A DNA stretch of 64,000 bases from Chthonomonadales bacterium (GTDB lineage: Bacteria > Armatimonadota > Chthonomonadetes > Chthonomonadales > CAJBBX01). Positions within the stretch are counted from its first letter, which is position 1; the number at the start of each line of letters is the position of its first letter. The notes under the pieces are model-generated. The model saw only the letters and a program-made list of their open reading frames with translations. It was not told the DNA's origin and searched no databases. The position numbers were made by a program, and so were the translations under genes. Location of the stretch: positions 84,795 to 148,794 of the forward strand of contig JBMFSQ010000006.1 of assembly GCA_049967475.1 (NCBI GenBank), written 5' to 3'. This document shows positions 49,176 through 58,636 of the stretch, piece after piece.

Positions 49176-49432
49176 GGGTTCCACTCCCAGGGTATTCCGT
49201 TCGACACAGGCTAGGCCAAGCGACGGCCGGTATCCATAGGATACCCTGCGCATCGGTGCGTCGCCGGAAAGGCTTGTGCCCGCCGAGCCGGCTTTCGATC
49301 CCGGGCAGGTGCAAACCTATTCACGCACGTGGATCGCAAGTGGAGCAGGAGGCGGGCACAAACGGCGCGAAGTAAGGGCATGAATTGAGCAGGCAATGCT
49401 CCGGCACAATTCACCGCAGGTAGGAAGGGATA

Positions 49433-50692
49433 ATGCGCTTTTTGTGCATCGGCGACGTGCATATCGGGCGGAGCTCCAGCCGCGTACCGCCGGGTTCGGA
49501 TGCTCCGACGGGCGCGGCCGATGCTTGGCTGCGCGCAGTGGACGCGGCGATTGAATGCGACGCCGACGCCGTGCTGGTAGCAGGCGATCTGGTGGACGAC
49601 AACTCCGGCTACTTCGCGGCCCTTGGTCCGGTGAAACAGGGAATGGAGCTTTTGGCAAAGCACGGCATCCCCGTGTATGCCATTGCAGGCAACCATGACT
49701 TCCGGGTTCTTCCCAAGATGGCTCCGGCACTGGCACCTTTGGGCTTCCATCTCCTGGGGATAGAGGGCGTGTGGGAATGCGCATCCGTAGCAACGTCGGA
49801 TGGGCAGGACCAAGTGCGGCTTTGGGGCTGGTCCTTCCCTGGACCAAGTTGGAAGCAAAGCCCGATAGCCGGATTTCCCAAAGAGGAGATCGGTGCTGCC
49901 CGGCTGCCCGTGTTGGCGATGGTGCACGGAGAGATTACTTCGGGGCCAAGTTACTATGCGCCGCTTTTTCTGGAGGCTATGCGCCGTTGCAACGCGGACC
50001 TATGGCTCGTTGGGCACGTGCATAAGCCTGCAGATTATCGCAGCGAGGGGTTCAGCGTGATCAACCTGGGTTCTCTCCAGGCGCTGGATCCGGGCGAGGC
50101 AGGTGTCCGGGGCGCATGGCTGGTGGATGTGACGGCAAGCGGTATCGAAGCGCGCCAGATCCCTGTGTCCAGCGTTGGCTACCTGGAAGCCACCCTGGAC
50201 GCCGGCGGCATCCGGGATGAAGCGGATCTCACGACCGCCTTTGAGCAACTGTTCGAGTGTTCTGTCTTCCCGAATGACTATGAGCTGCTGCGTGTATACC
50301 GGGTGCGTGTAGGCGGGCGGTCCTCCCGTTTGGAAGATCTCCGCAAGATGTGTGAGCGCATCCAGACCGATCAGCCGTGGCTGCGTGATCGGCGCATCGT
50401 TGTGGATCAGGTGGTGTTCGAGGCCCTTCCGGAACTGGATCTGCAGGAGTTGGCCGGCCGGCACGATGCGCCCGGGGTTTTGGCCCGCATGATCCTTGCC
50501 TGCGAGGCCGGGAGGCTGGACCAGGAGTACCCGGATCTCATGAGGAATGCCGAGCAGGCGCGCTCTCGATTGTTGAGGAAGGCCGATGTCGGGAACGACA
50601 CACTCTTGCCGCCTATGCCTCAAATAGTGCGGGAAGAGTGTGTTCGCTTACTCGAGGCGCTGCTGACAGGGAGGCAGGGGCACAATGCTTGA
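49433..50692 (+). CDS. Mre11/SbcD-like metallophosphoesterase nuclease (YhaO-like)
   Basis: GDVHIG, AGDLVD, GNHD, MVHG, GHVH, 'GSLQALDPGE.G'. Confidence 0.88.
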   Translation: MRFLCIGDVHIGRSSSRVPPGSDAPTGAADAWLRAVDAAIECDADAVLVAGDLVDDNSGYFAALGPVKQGMELLAKHGIPVYAIAGNHDFRVLPKMAPALAPLGFHLLGIEGVWECASVATSDGQDQVRLWGWSFPGPSWKQSPIAGFPKEEIGAARLPVLAMVHGEITSGPSYYAPLFLEAMRRCNADLWLVGHVHKPADYRSEGFSVINLGSLQALDPGEAGVRGAWLVDVTASGIEARQIPVSSVGYLEATLDAGGIRDEADLTTAFEQLFECSVFPNDYELLRVYRVRVGGRSSRLEDLRKMCERIQTDQPWLRDRRIVVDQVVFEALPELDLQELAGRHDAPGVLARMILACEAGRLDQEYPDLMRNAEQARSRLLRKADVGNDTLLPPMPQIVREECVRLLEALLTGRQGHNA

Positions 50693-53600
50693 TGAGAGCA
50701 AAAAACCAGCCCTCCTCCTGCGCAGCTTGGCCGTGCAGCGCATGCCTGGGATCCGGAGCCCCGGCTTCGAGATGAGGAACCTTGGCTCGGGGATCAATGT
50801 AGTGTTTGGGCCGAACGCCTCGGGCAAGACGACAACAGCGGCAGCAATCCGGTGTTTGATGTGGCCTCAGATCGCACCGCCGCAGGCTGCCATAGATGCG
50901 GAAGTTCTGGTTGCCGATAAACCGGCCAGGTTCAGCCTTCATTCCGGCGTGCCGGACTACGGCGGCGAAGCTCCCCGCGTAGTGGGAGCGGATCAGGCGG
51001 ACCGCTATTCATTGGGCCTCCACAACCTCCTCGTTGCCGACGGAGCGGGATACGCCAAGCAAATCGTTGCTGAAGCCTTGGGCGGTTATTCCGTGGATGA
51101 GGCGACCAGAGTACTCCAGTACGGTGAGTCTTTGGGCGTTCCTACGAGGACGACAGAATTCCAAAGGCTGAAAGAAGCCCAAAAACGGGCGAAAGAAGCG
51201 CGGAAAGCCCAGGAACAGGCGCTGCAGGCACAAGAGCGGCTGGAAAAGACGCAGCACGATCTGGAAGAAGCGGAGATCGCCAGGAAGTGGGCAGACGTCT
51301 ATCAGGCTGCCATTGAATATCTCACTCAGCGCGCCAAGGTTGCTGATGCAGATGCGCAACTGAGAGCGTTCCCGGAGCAAGTCCAAAAGATGGACGAGGC
51401 ATTCGAGGAGCGCATCAACCACCTGAAGCAGCAGGCAGAAGAATGCCGCCAAAGGGTTCAGGAACTGGCCGCACAATCCTGCCGCGCGGTGGAAGCTCTC
51501 AAGGAGACTGGCCTGTTGCGGCGGGCTGTGTCCCCAGGGCAACTGGATCGGCTCGATGAGCTGGCATCGCGCCTCGAGCGTGCAGAAGAGAATGCGGCGG
51601 AACTGGAAGATAAACTGCGTATCGCGGAGTTGCACCGCAACGATGCAGCGCGACGCCTCGGTCCGGAAGTGGATCAGGATGTACTCCGAGGGGTCAACTT
51701 GGAAGCCCTGCACGTTGCGAGCCAGTTTGTTCGTGATGCGGCGGACGTGGCGGCTCAGCTCAGGGCACGCGAAGAGCTGCGGGCAGTGCTGCAACCGGGC
51801 GAGCAGATTAGCCGGGATCCCGATGAGGCTGTGAAGCTGCTCCGGGAATGGCTGCGTTCTTCCTCCGGCGTTCCTCCGGTGGCCTTGTGGTTCGGGATCG
51901 GCGGCGGATTGCTCCTGGGAGCCGGTATGGCCTTGGCCCTAACCATTCATCCGGCGTTTTGGGCGCTTTGCGGAACGGGCACTGCCTTCATGATGGTTGC
52001 CGCCTTGCGACGACGAAGTGCTTGGGCGGCGGAAATCCCGGGCCGGTTCCGCCTTACGGGCTTCGCCGAGCCCGCGTCATGGATGATACAAGATGTGACC
52101 CGCCGACTGCAAGAATTGGAAACCGCAGTTATAGATTTCCGGCTGGAAGCACGACGGCAGGAGGTGGAGCGGCGCTATTCCGGGTTGGATGACCGGGCTC
52201 ACGAGACCCAGCGGCGCGCCCAAGAACTTGCAAGCATTCTGGGCGTGGCGTCTAAGGCCGATGACAGCGGGTTCTATGGGGCATGGCTTGCCCAATATGC
52301 CGAACTGGTGCGTGCGTGGCGGGAGGCTGAGGATCAGTGCGTCCAGCTTCGGTCCAGTTTGGCGGCGGCCCAATGCGAGCAGGCTGAGGTTTTGGCGGAG
52401 GTCAACAGGATCGTGGCTCCGTACGACGCAGGATCGGCGCAGAGTTCTTCCACGGCCAAGGGCGCCATTCGCCGGTTGAGGGAACGGGAAGACCGACGAT
52501 CCCGCGCCCGTGCTGAGATGGATCGCTGCCGCGGGGAGTTGCGCAGACTTTGCAGAGATTGGCGGCGCGTACGGCAGCAGTTGGAAGAGGCCTATGGCAC
52601 TGTCGGCCTCGAACCGGGAGACGAAGGCGGCTTGCACCGCATGCGCGAGCTGAGGAGGGAGTGGGCGGAGGTCCGGCAGGAGCGCCAGAAGAGCGCCACG
52701 CTGGAGGCGAATGCGATGGACGCTCTGCTGGGCCGATCCATTCCCGACGATCGCTTTCCGAGGATGCGGCAGTGGCTGGAGGATCTCGCCACGCATCGCG
52801 CGGCAGGTACGCCTGCACCCCATCCACTCGATGCGGCGGCTTTGGAGGAAGAAGCTAGGCGCCTGGAGCACAAGGCAGAGCGCGGCGGCGTCCTTCGCAC
52901 GGAGCTAGGCTCGTTGAGGCAGCAGATAGACCAGGCTTTGGGAGATCGCAGGCTCGAGAAAGCCTTGGCAGAACTGGATGCGGCACAAAGCGCCTACCAT
53001 CGCAAGGTCGAAGAGGCTCTTCGGAAAGTGACAGGATGGTGCATAGCCCAGGAGGTGTCGCAACAGACACAAGAGTTCGGTCTGCCGGAAGTGTTTCACC
53101 GGGCCAAGGATTATCTGCATGCCTTCACACAGGGCCGATACCGATTGGAACTGCACCGTTCCTCTGGGGCATTCCAGGTATGGGACACTGTGGATGAAGA
53201 GCACCGCTGTGTAGACGAGCTTTCCACAGGCACAAGGATCCAGTTGCTTCTTGCTGTGCGTCTGGCGTTTATCGAATGCCAGGAGCCTGGCCCGATGCTG
53301 CCCCTACTTCTAGACGAAACGCTCGCCGACAGCGACGAACACCGGATGGACGCGGCGATCACCGCCATCGGAGAGGTGGCAAGGGCAGGGCGCCAGGTCT
53401 TCTACTTTACCTGCCGGCCCGAAGAGGTGGCGCGGTGGAGGCAGGCGGCTGCCGCGGGCGTGCCAGTACAGGTGGTGGACTTGAAGTCCGTGCGAAATGC
53501 GGCTGGGCCGGATCTTGTGACGGTGGCTGTGCAGGAGCTCCCAGTGCCTGATCCCGCCGGTATGGATCACGAAGAGTATGGGCGGTCGCTGGGCGTGCCC

Positions 53601-54179
53601 GGATTCGTGCCGGGAAACGGCATCGGATGGGTGCATTTGTGGCATTTCGTAACCGACGGAACGTACCTGCAACACCTGCTTCGTCTGGGCATCGAGCGTT
53701 GGGGCCAAGTTGAGGCTGAGTGGAGACGGCCTTCGGGAGGGGACGCGCGGGTGGAGGCCATCCGGAGCCAAGCGCTGGGCATCGCTGCCATCTACCGCCG
53801 AGTAGATGAAGTGTGGCGCGAAGGCCGCGCCGGGCGGCTTACACAGGAAGCTCTGGAACGGTCGGGTTGTATGACTACTGCCGCCTTCCGCGAGGGGCTG
53901 TTGCGCGTAGCTCGCGAGGTGGATTGGGACGGGACGCGCTTTGTGGAGCGGCTGGATGACGGGGCGGTTCCCCGCTTCGGAGGCCAGAAATTGCGGCGGC
54001 TTCGCGAATTTCTGATGGCAGAGGGCATTCTAGCCGAGGGACAGCCGCGGACCCCGGAAGAGGTGCGCAGCGCAGCATTGGCCGCTGCGGAGGAACAGGT
54101 GCGCGCCGGGCGGCTGGATGCGGCACAGGCTCGCCAAGCGGTAGAGCGGGCGTGTGCGGCGATCGCTACGGCTTCGTAA
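50685..54179 (+). CDS. SMC/Rad50-like coiled-coil ATPase (YhaN-like) with central TM hairpin
   Basis: Walker A GPNASGKTT, long coiled coil, signature LSTGT, Walker B LLLDE, QVFYFT; central hydrophobic hairpin. Confidence 0.85.
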   Translation: MLDESKKPALLLRSLAVQRMPGIRSPGFEMRNLGSGINVVFGPNASGKTTTAAAIRCLMWPQIAPPQAAIDAEVLVADKPARFSLHSGVPDYGGEAPRVVGADQADRYSLGLHNLLVADGAGYAKQIVAEALGGYSVDEATRVLQYGESLGVPTRTTEFQRLKEAQKRAKEARKAQEQALQAQERLEKTQHDLEEAEIARKWADVYQAAIEYLTQRAKVADADAQLRAFPEQVQKMDEAFEERINHLKQQAEECRQRVQELAAQSCRAVEALKETGLLRRAVSPGQLDRLDELASRLERAEENAAELEDKLRIAELHRNDAARRLGPEVDQDVLRGVNLEALHVASQFVRDAADVAAQLRAREELRAVLQPGEQISRDPDEAVKLLREWLRSSSGVPPVALWFGIGGGLLLGAGMALALTIHPAFWALCGTGTAFMMVAALRRRSAWAAEIPGRFRLTGFAEPASWMIQDVTRRLQELETAVIDFRLEARRQEVERRYSGLDDRAHETQRRAQELASILGVASKADDSGFYGAWLAQYAELVRAWREAEDQCVQLRSSLAAAQCEQAEVLAEVNRIVAPYDAGSAQSSSTAKGAIRRLREREDRRSRARAEMDRCRGELRRLCRDWRRVRQQLEEAYGTVGLEPGDEGGLHRMRELRREWAEVRQERQKSATLEANAMDALLGRSIPDDRFPRMRQWLEDLATHRAAGTPAPHPLDAAALEEEARRLEHKAERGGVLRTELGSLRQQIDQALGDRRLEKALAELDAAQSAYHRKVEEALRKVTGWCIAQEVSQQTQEFGLPEVFHRAKDYLHAFTQGRYRLELHRSSGAFQVWDTVDEEHRCVDELSTGTRIQLLLAVRLAFIECQEPGPMLPLLLDETLADSDEHRMDAAITAIGEVARAGRQVFYFTCRPEEVARWRQAAAAGVPVQVVDLKSVRNAAGPDLVTVAVQELPVPDPAGMDHEEYGRSLGVPGFVPGNGIGWVHLWHFVTDGTYLQHLLRLGIERWGQVEAEWRRPSGGDARVEAIRSQALGIAAIYRRVDEVWREGRAGRLTQEALERSGCMTTAAFREGLLRVAREVDWDGTRFVERLDDGAVPRFGGQKLRRLREFLMAEGILAEGQPRTPEEVRSAALAAAEEQVRAGRLDAAQARQAVERACAAIATAS

Positions 54180-54322
54180 GAAAGTGGGGCCGCGGGTTGC
54201 CGGTTTGTACGCCGGCTTGCGATTAAGTTATGTGGAAGATGCCCGGCAGCCTGGCGCTTCGCTAGGCCGGCTTCTGGCGCGCGGGGTCTACTGGGCAGCG
54301 GGGCAGATTGGCGAGGAGAACC

Positions 54323-55099
54323 ATGCGCATTCGTGTTGAGTTGCGGTTGGATCGGCCGATTGCGCTGCCGATCAATCACCAGCACTTGCTTGCAGGGGTG
54401 ATCTATTCCTTTCTCCAGCGCGGGGATGAGGAGTATGCACATTTCCTCCACGACGAGGGATACCTCGCATCGGAAGATGAGCGCGACCATCGCCGTTTCA
54501 AGTTGTTCGTGCACTCCCCGATGCGGTCGAAGCGGCGCAGGGTAGCCGGTTCTGTGCTGCAACTAGGTCCGGGTAAGGCGGAATGGCTGGTCTCCTCGCC
54601 AATTGATGATTTCTTGACAGCGTTTGCTGTAGGATTGATGGCAAGCGGGGAATTGGACCTTGGGCGAGTGCGCATTCCGATTGCGTTGGTTCAGACGCTC
54701 GCGGCGCCTGTTATGCGTGAAAGGATGCGCTTCACCTGTGTTTCACCGATGGTGGTGTCGGTGACGGATCGCGAGGAGGGCGTGGGACGCACCCGGTATT
54801 TGGTGGCCGAGGATGCGGAATTCAGCGAGCGTGTTCGGCAGAACCTTTTGGCCAAGTATGCTGCGATGAGCGGGGGGAAGCTGCCGGCCGATGACCGGTT
54901 TATGATGCGTTTTGACGCGGACTACCTGGCCAAGCGCCGGGGCACGAAGTTGGTGGAATACAAAGGGATCCGCGTGCGGGGGATGATGGCCCCCTTCGAG
55001 GCGTGGGGATCTCCTGCGTTGATGGAAGTAGGGTACCACGCGGGCTTTGGCGAGAAGAACGCCGGCGGCTTTGGGATGGTGGAGGTGGAAAATGGATAG
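54323..55099 (+). CDS. cas6: CRISPR-associated endoribonuclease Cas6
   Basis: FLHDEGY, FKLF, SP, C-terminal Gly loop GFGEKNAGGFG; GAGGAG SD. Confidence 0.95.
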   Translation: MRIRVELRLDRPIALPINHQHLLAGVIYSFLQRGDEEYAHFLHDEGYLASEDERDHRRFKLFVHSPMRSKRRRVAGSVLQLGPGKAEWLVSSPIDDFLTAFAVGLMASGELDLGRVRIPIALVQTLAAPVMRERMRFTCVSPMVVSVTDREEGVGRTRYLVAEDAEFSERVRQNLLAKYAAMSGGKLPADDRFMMRFDADYLAKRRGTKLVEYKGIRVRGMMAPFEAWGSPALMEVGYHAGFGEKNAGGFGMVEVENG

Positions 55100-56792
55100 G
55101 TTCCGGTTTACAGGGAACCCATTCGTGGATGCTGGGATCGCCGGGATTTGTGCTGCTGCGGGAAAAAACGCGCCTGAGGATATTGACGATGCCGCGCTTG
55201 ACCGCGCCTTCGAAACGCTGGTGCGAATCATGACGAGCGAGGCTATGTTCAAAGAACGCCGAAGTGGGAAGAAGAAGTCTTCGAAGTTCGCAACCAGCGA
55301 AATGACGGCGATATTTCCCAATGGACCCCTTTCCCAGGCAAGCTATTCATCCGATGACCGCAAGCGCGATGAGTACAAGAAGAGGGTACGGGGTAAGTAC
55401 GAAGCCGTGAAAGCGTACCTGGCTGGAAAGGCGACGCCTGATCCGCACTTGGGAATCTGCTTCGTCGATGGGAGCCCGGCCGTTATGCGCGTGGGCAATG
55501 ATGAATTTCCTTTAGTAGATAGCAAGAACAGGCGGAACTTCCATCCCGGGCTTCAGGCGGGTCACGCTGTGGGGGCGAAGGCAGCGTTCGCATTGGAATT
55601 CTTTCCGCTGTCGGTCCTGCGAACAGGGATCAACAGCGGTTTTTTCTGGTTTGTGCATACGGCCAGTGAGAAAATCGCAATAGCATGTGCGCGGCTCACA
55701 CTCGACAACATGAACCGATCCATATCGCGAGGAGATGGGCTCGGGTTCTACGGGGATTGGCATATCAGCACCGAGATGACGGATGCTGCCCTCGTAGCTC
55801 TTATCCGAGATCTCATGAGCGGCCGCATTCAACAGGCACTTACTTGGCGGGATATCGAGGATGGTGGATTACCCGTAACTGCCTATGTTTTCTCCAACGA
55901 CAATCGCCGCCCCAATATCGCTGCTCACGATTTGCCGCATCGGCTATTCTACTTCTTTGCGGTGCTCAACAACGACAAAGGTGCCTTCGATCGGTTCAAC
56001 CGCGAGGTGCTTCAAGATGAACGTGTAGGCCAGCGCGTCCCGCGCAAGATGTTGGGACAGGAACCAATCCTGACTGACTGCTTTGCACGGGGAAACAAGA
56101 ACGCCGCCGGGTCCTTGCAAGGTGGTTGGAGGGCACATAGCCTGTACGCGACGGAGGTGCTGGGCATGAACGGTATGTTCATCCATACCATCGAGGAAGT
56201 TTCTGAAAGGATCATAGCGCACGAGAAAGCCGATGACCTGATTGTAGCCTTGCAGACGCAGGACGCCCCGACGCGTGCGCTTATACGCTTGACGCGCATG
56301 GGGTTGGTGTCTTTTGATGAATACTCTCACCTTGTTCCGCCGGATGTTCGTACCGCAGCGAAGATCGCACGCGATTATTTGCTCGCAGCGCTTTACGATA
56401 GGAAGCAAGCACAAGCCAATGACAGGAAATTCGAATGTTGGTCGGGCGAGCTGAAGCCGGCGGCCGAAAAACACGCTCTGATAACTCTAGTCGAGGCGAT
56501 TGGCTCGAAGCTAAGCGGGGACAGGGATCTCGCCAAGTCCCTGGCGACGGAGCTTGCAAAGGCGAAACGGGTGAGCGACCTCCGCCGGGCGATCCTTCGT
56601 ATCATGCGCAAGGGGGGGCTGTCGTGGAGTGACTTTGTGATGATTTTCCCGCCAGAAGATATCCGGAAGAGCTTTGAGGTGCGGGATTATCTGCTCGCTT
56701 ATCTCTTCGCGGCGTTGCGCGATGCTGAGTTGCCAGAACCGGAGCCCGCCGATGAGGAGGCAATTGAGCGGGTGGAAGAGATTGTGGCCTAA
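55092..56792 (+). CDS. cas8: Type I-B large subunit Cas8 (Cst1-like)
   Basis: N-terminal TGNPFVDAG, FPN, FPL...NF, FSN motifs; position between cas6 and cas7; GGAGGTGG SD. Confidence 0.85.
   Translation: MDRFRFTGNPFVDAGIAGICAAAGKNAPEDIDDAALDRAFETLVRIMTSEAMFKERRSGKKKSSKFATSEMTAIFPNGPLSQASYSSDDRKRDEYKKRVRGKYEAVKAYLAGKATPDPHLGICFVDGSPAVMRVGNDEFPLVDSKNRRNFHPGLQAGHAVGAKAAFALEFFPLSVLRTGINSGFFWFVHTASEKIAIACARLTLDNMNRSISRGDGLGFYGDWHISTEMTDAALVALIRDLMSGRIQQALTWRDIEDGGLPVTAYVFSNDNRRPNIAAHDLPHRLFYFFAVLNNDKGAFDRFNREVLQDERVGQRVPRKMLGQEPILTDCFARGNKNAAGSLQGGWRAHSLYATEVLGMNGMFIHTIEEVSERIIAHEKADDLIVALQTQDAPTRALIRLTRMGLVSFDEYSHLVPPDVRTAAKIARDYLLAALYDRKQAQANDRKFECWSGELKPAAEKHALITLVEAIGSKLSGDRDLAKSLATELAKAKRVSDLRRAILRIMRKGGLSWSDFVMIFPPEDIRKSFEVRDYLLAYLFAALRDAELPEPEPADEEAIERVEEIVA
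56166..56792 (+). CDS. cas11: Predicted internally translated Cas11 small subunit (208 aa, two tandem repeats), in frame within cas8
   Basis: GGAGGTG at 56153-56159, 6 nt before in-frame ATG 56166, at the start of the helical C-terminal region. Confidence 0.65.
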   Translation: MNGMFIHTIEEVSERIIAHEKADDLIVALQTQDAPTRALIRLTRMGLVSFDEYSHLVPPDVRTAAKIARDYLLAALYDRKQAQANDRKFECWSGELKPAAEKHALITLVEAIGSKLSGDRDLAKSLATELAKAKRVSDLRRAILRIMRKGGLSWSDFVMIFPPEDIRKSFEVRDYLLAYLFAALRDAELPEPEPADEEAIERVEEIVA

Positions 56793-56821
56793 TCTGGAAT
56801 GCGAACACAACGACCAGGAGA

Positions 56822-57952
56822 ATGAAGAAAATGAGCAATCCTGTACTGACTTCAGCCATGTTGATCGAAGCCACTGGAGCCGCATTGAACAATGCCGGTG
56901 CTGACGAAGGGCAGCGAACCGACAACGCTGTTGTGGTGAAGAAGATCAGAGTGGGGCGAGCCGAGTTCCCATATGTATCCGGGCAGGCGGTCCGCCGGTG
57001 GTGGCGCGAGGTGCTCTATGAAGATTTTGGGTGGCAGCCTAGCCCTGTAACGCGGGAGGCCAAGTCTGCTTATACTTCAGGTGAGCCAGTGAATTACCCT
57101 GACGACGACATGTTTGGGTATATGGCTGCGAAGAAAGTAAAAGGGCAAGCGCGTAGCCAAAAGAAGGACAGCGCCACAACCGATGCGGCGACTGGGGACG
57201 AAACCAGTGAAGGGTCCAAGGAGAAAGGCGACACCGGCACCCAGCGACGCATAAGTCCACTCAAGAACAGCTTGCTTGTATCTGTCCTGCCCAATGCCGT
57301 GACGTCCGATTTCGGCCATTTCTCCAGGGACTTACCGGTGGACAATCCGAATATGGTTCCGTTTGAACACGAGCATTACACCACGTTCTTGCAGGGTGTG
57401 TTCACTATAAGTCTTCGAGACGTTGGAAGGTTTGAATGCGGCTTGATGCGAGATCTGCCGCTTGATGCTCCGGTTCCTGAAGGGGGAAGAGTCCTGCACG
57501 AAGCCCAGGGAAACCTGCAGCCACGTGTGCTGAGCCTTTCACCTGCCGAGCGGAGAAAGCGCGTGGCGGACACGATCCTGGCGCTAGGCCGCTTGCGGCA
57601 TGGAGCAAATCTTACGCGAAACCTGTCCGACGTGGTTCCCGTGGTTCTGCTGATGGGTTTTCTGGATGGCGGCAATGCCCCGTTCCAACGTTTGTTCACG
57701 AGCCACGACACCTCCCACGTGGAACTCGACCTCGAACGTCTGAGGTCGGTGGTGGGCGATTACAAAGACAGGATCCTCGGCGATCACACACTCTACTTCG
57801 GGTATCGGCCAGGGGTTCTGGCGAACGAAGCGCAGGTGAAGGAGGCGCTCAGCTCTGGGATTGACGGTGTTTCGTTTGTCGTGGAGTCGCCTGGAGGTGT
57901 CATCAGAATTGTAGCAGAGCATATAAATGCTGGCCGGGTGGAACTGGATTGA
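56822..57952 (+). CDS. cas7: Type I-B backbone Cas7 (Cas7i/Cst2/DevR family)
   Basis: ALNNAG, N.V.VKK, PYVSGQAVRRWWR, DDDMFGYM, RISPL, DFG, HEHY, LD.GRF-like motif. Confidence 0.92.
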   Translation: MKKMSNPVLTSAMLIEATGAALNNAGADEGQRTDNAVVVKKIRVGRAEFPYVSGQAVRRWWREVLYEDFGWQPSPVTREAKSAYTSGEPVNYPDDDMFGYMAAKKVKGQARSQKKDSATTDAATGDETSEGSKEKGDTGTQRRISPLKNSLLVSVLPNAVTSDFGHFSRDLPVDNPNMVPFEHEHYTTFLQGVFTISLRDVGRFECGLMRDLPLDAPVPEGGRVLHEAQGNLQPRVLSLSPAERRKRVADTILALGRLRHGANLTRNLSDVVPVVLLMGFLDGGNAPFQRLFTSHDTSHVELDLERLRSVVGDYKDRILGDHTLYFGYRPGVLANEAQVKEALSSGIDGVSFVVESPGGVIRIVAEHINAGRVELD

Positions 57953-57958
57953 ACCTCC

Positions 57959-58636
57959 ATGGACGCAATTCGCATTGATTTGCGTGCGTACACAGCCTCA
58001 TTCCGGATCCCAGGGATGATGGGCTACCAGGCGACTGCCATGGTACCGCCTCCCGCAACGGTATACGGCATTGTGGCCGCTGCAAACGGCCGGGAAGTAA
58101 GTCCCGCGGAAACATGGATTGCCTACCGCTTCTCTTATGAAGCACGGTGTCAGGACTTGGAGAAGATCATTGCTTTTCGTGAAGGCGGCCCATACTGGGA
58201 CAGGAAGCTCAATGCGGTGAACACCGTCCCAATTATCAGAGAGTTCCTGTATGAACCGCATCTCGTGCTGTACCTCAAGCCTGGGAAGTGCTCGGAGGCG
58301 TTCCTTAGGCCGCGTTATCCCCTGTTGCTGGGCCGTTCGCAAGACGTGGCTTATGTGGAACGGTTCGAGCCGACCCAATTGGACCGAGTGGTCGTGGCTC
58401 ACGTGCGCGGTGTATTGGTACCCTTCCCGATCCACGGAGTGCGGTCCCGTATTCTTGGGCTGCCAACCTATTTGGATATGGCAACTCGGAAACCGCTGGC
58501 GGTGAAACCATTTCACGTGCTTGACCCTGCGGACCCGCCGCAGAAGGCGCCGGATGCAAACCTTTTCTATCGTGACCGGAATGACCAAACGGGCCTGGCT
58601 GTCCCAGTTCTGGACGAACGCATACTGATGCCATGA
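57959..58636 (+). CDS. cas5: CRISPR-associated Cas5
   Basis: TASFRIP, PPPATVYG...AA.G, DLE, REFL, LLGRSQD. Confidence 0.92.
   Translation: MDAIRIDLRAYTASFRIPGMMGYQATAMVPPPATVYGIVAAANGREVSPAETWIAYRFSYEARCQDLEKIIAFREGGPYWDRKLNAVNTVPIIREFLYEPHLVLYLKPGKCSEAFLRPRYPLLLGRSQDVAYVERFEPTQLDRVVVAHVRGVLVPFPIHGVRSRILGLPTYLDMATRKPLAVKPFHVLDPADPPQKAPDANLFYRDRNDQTGLAVPVLDERILMP

Noticed and set aside
54180..54322. Possible CRISPR array or leader upstream of cas6
   Set aside because: No direct repeats. Only an imperfect hairpin (GCCTGGCG-CTT-CGCTAGGC) and a weak promoter-like TTGTAC...TTATGT; too weak to call.
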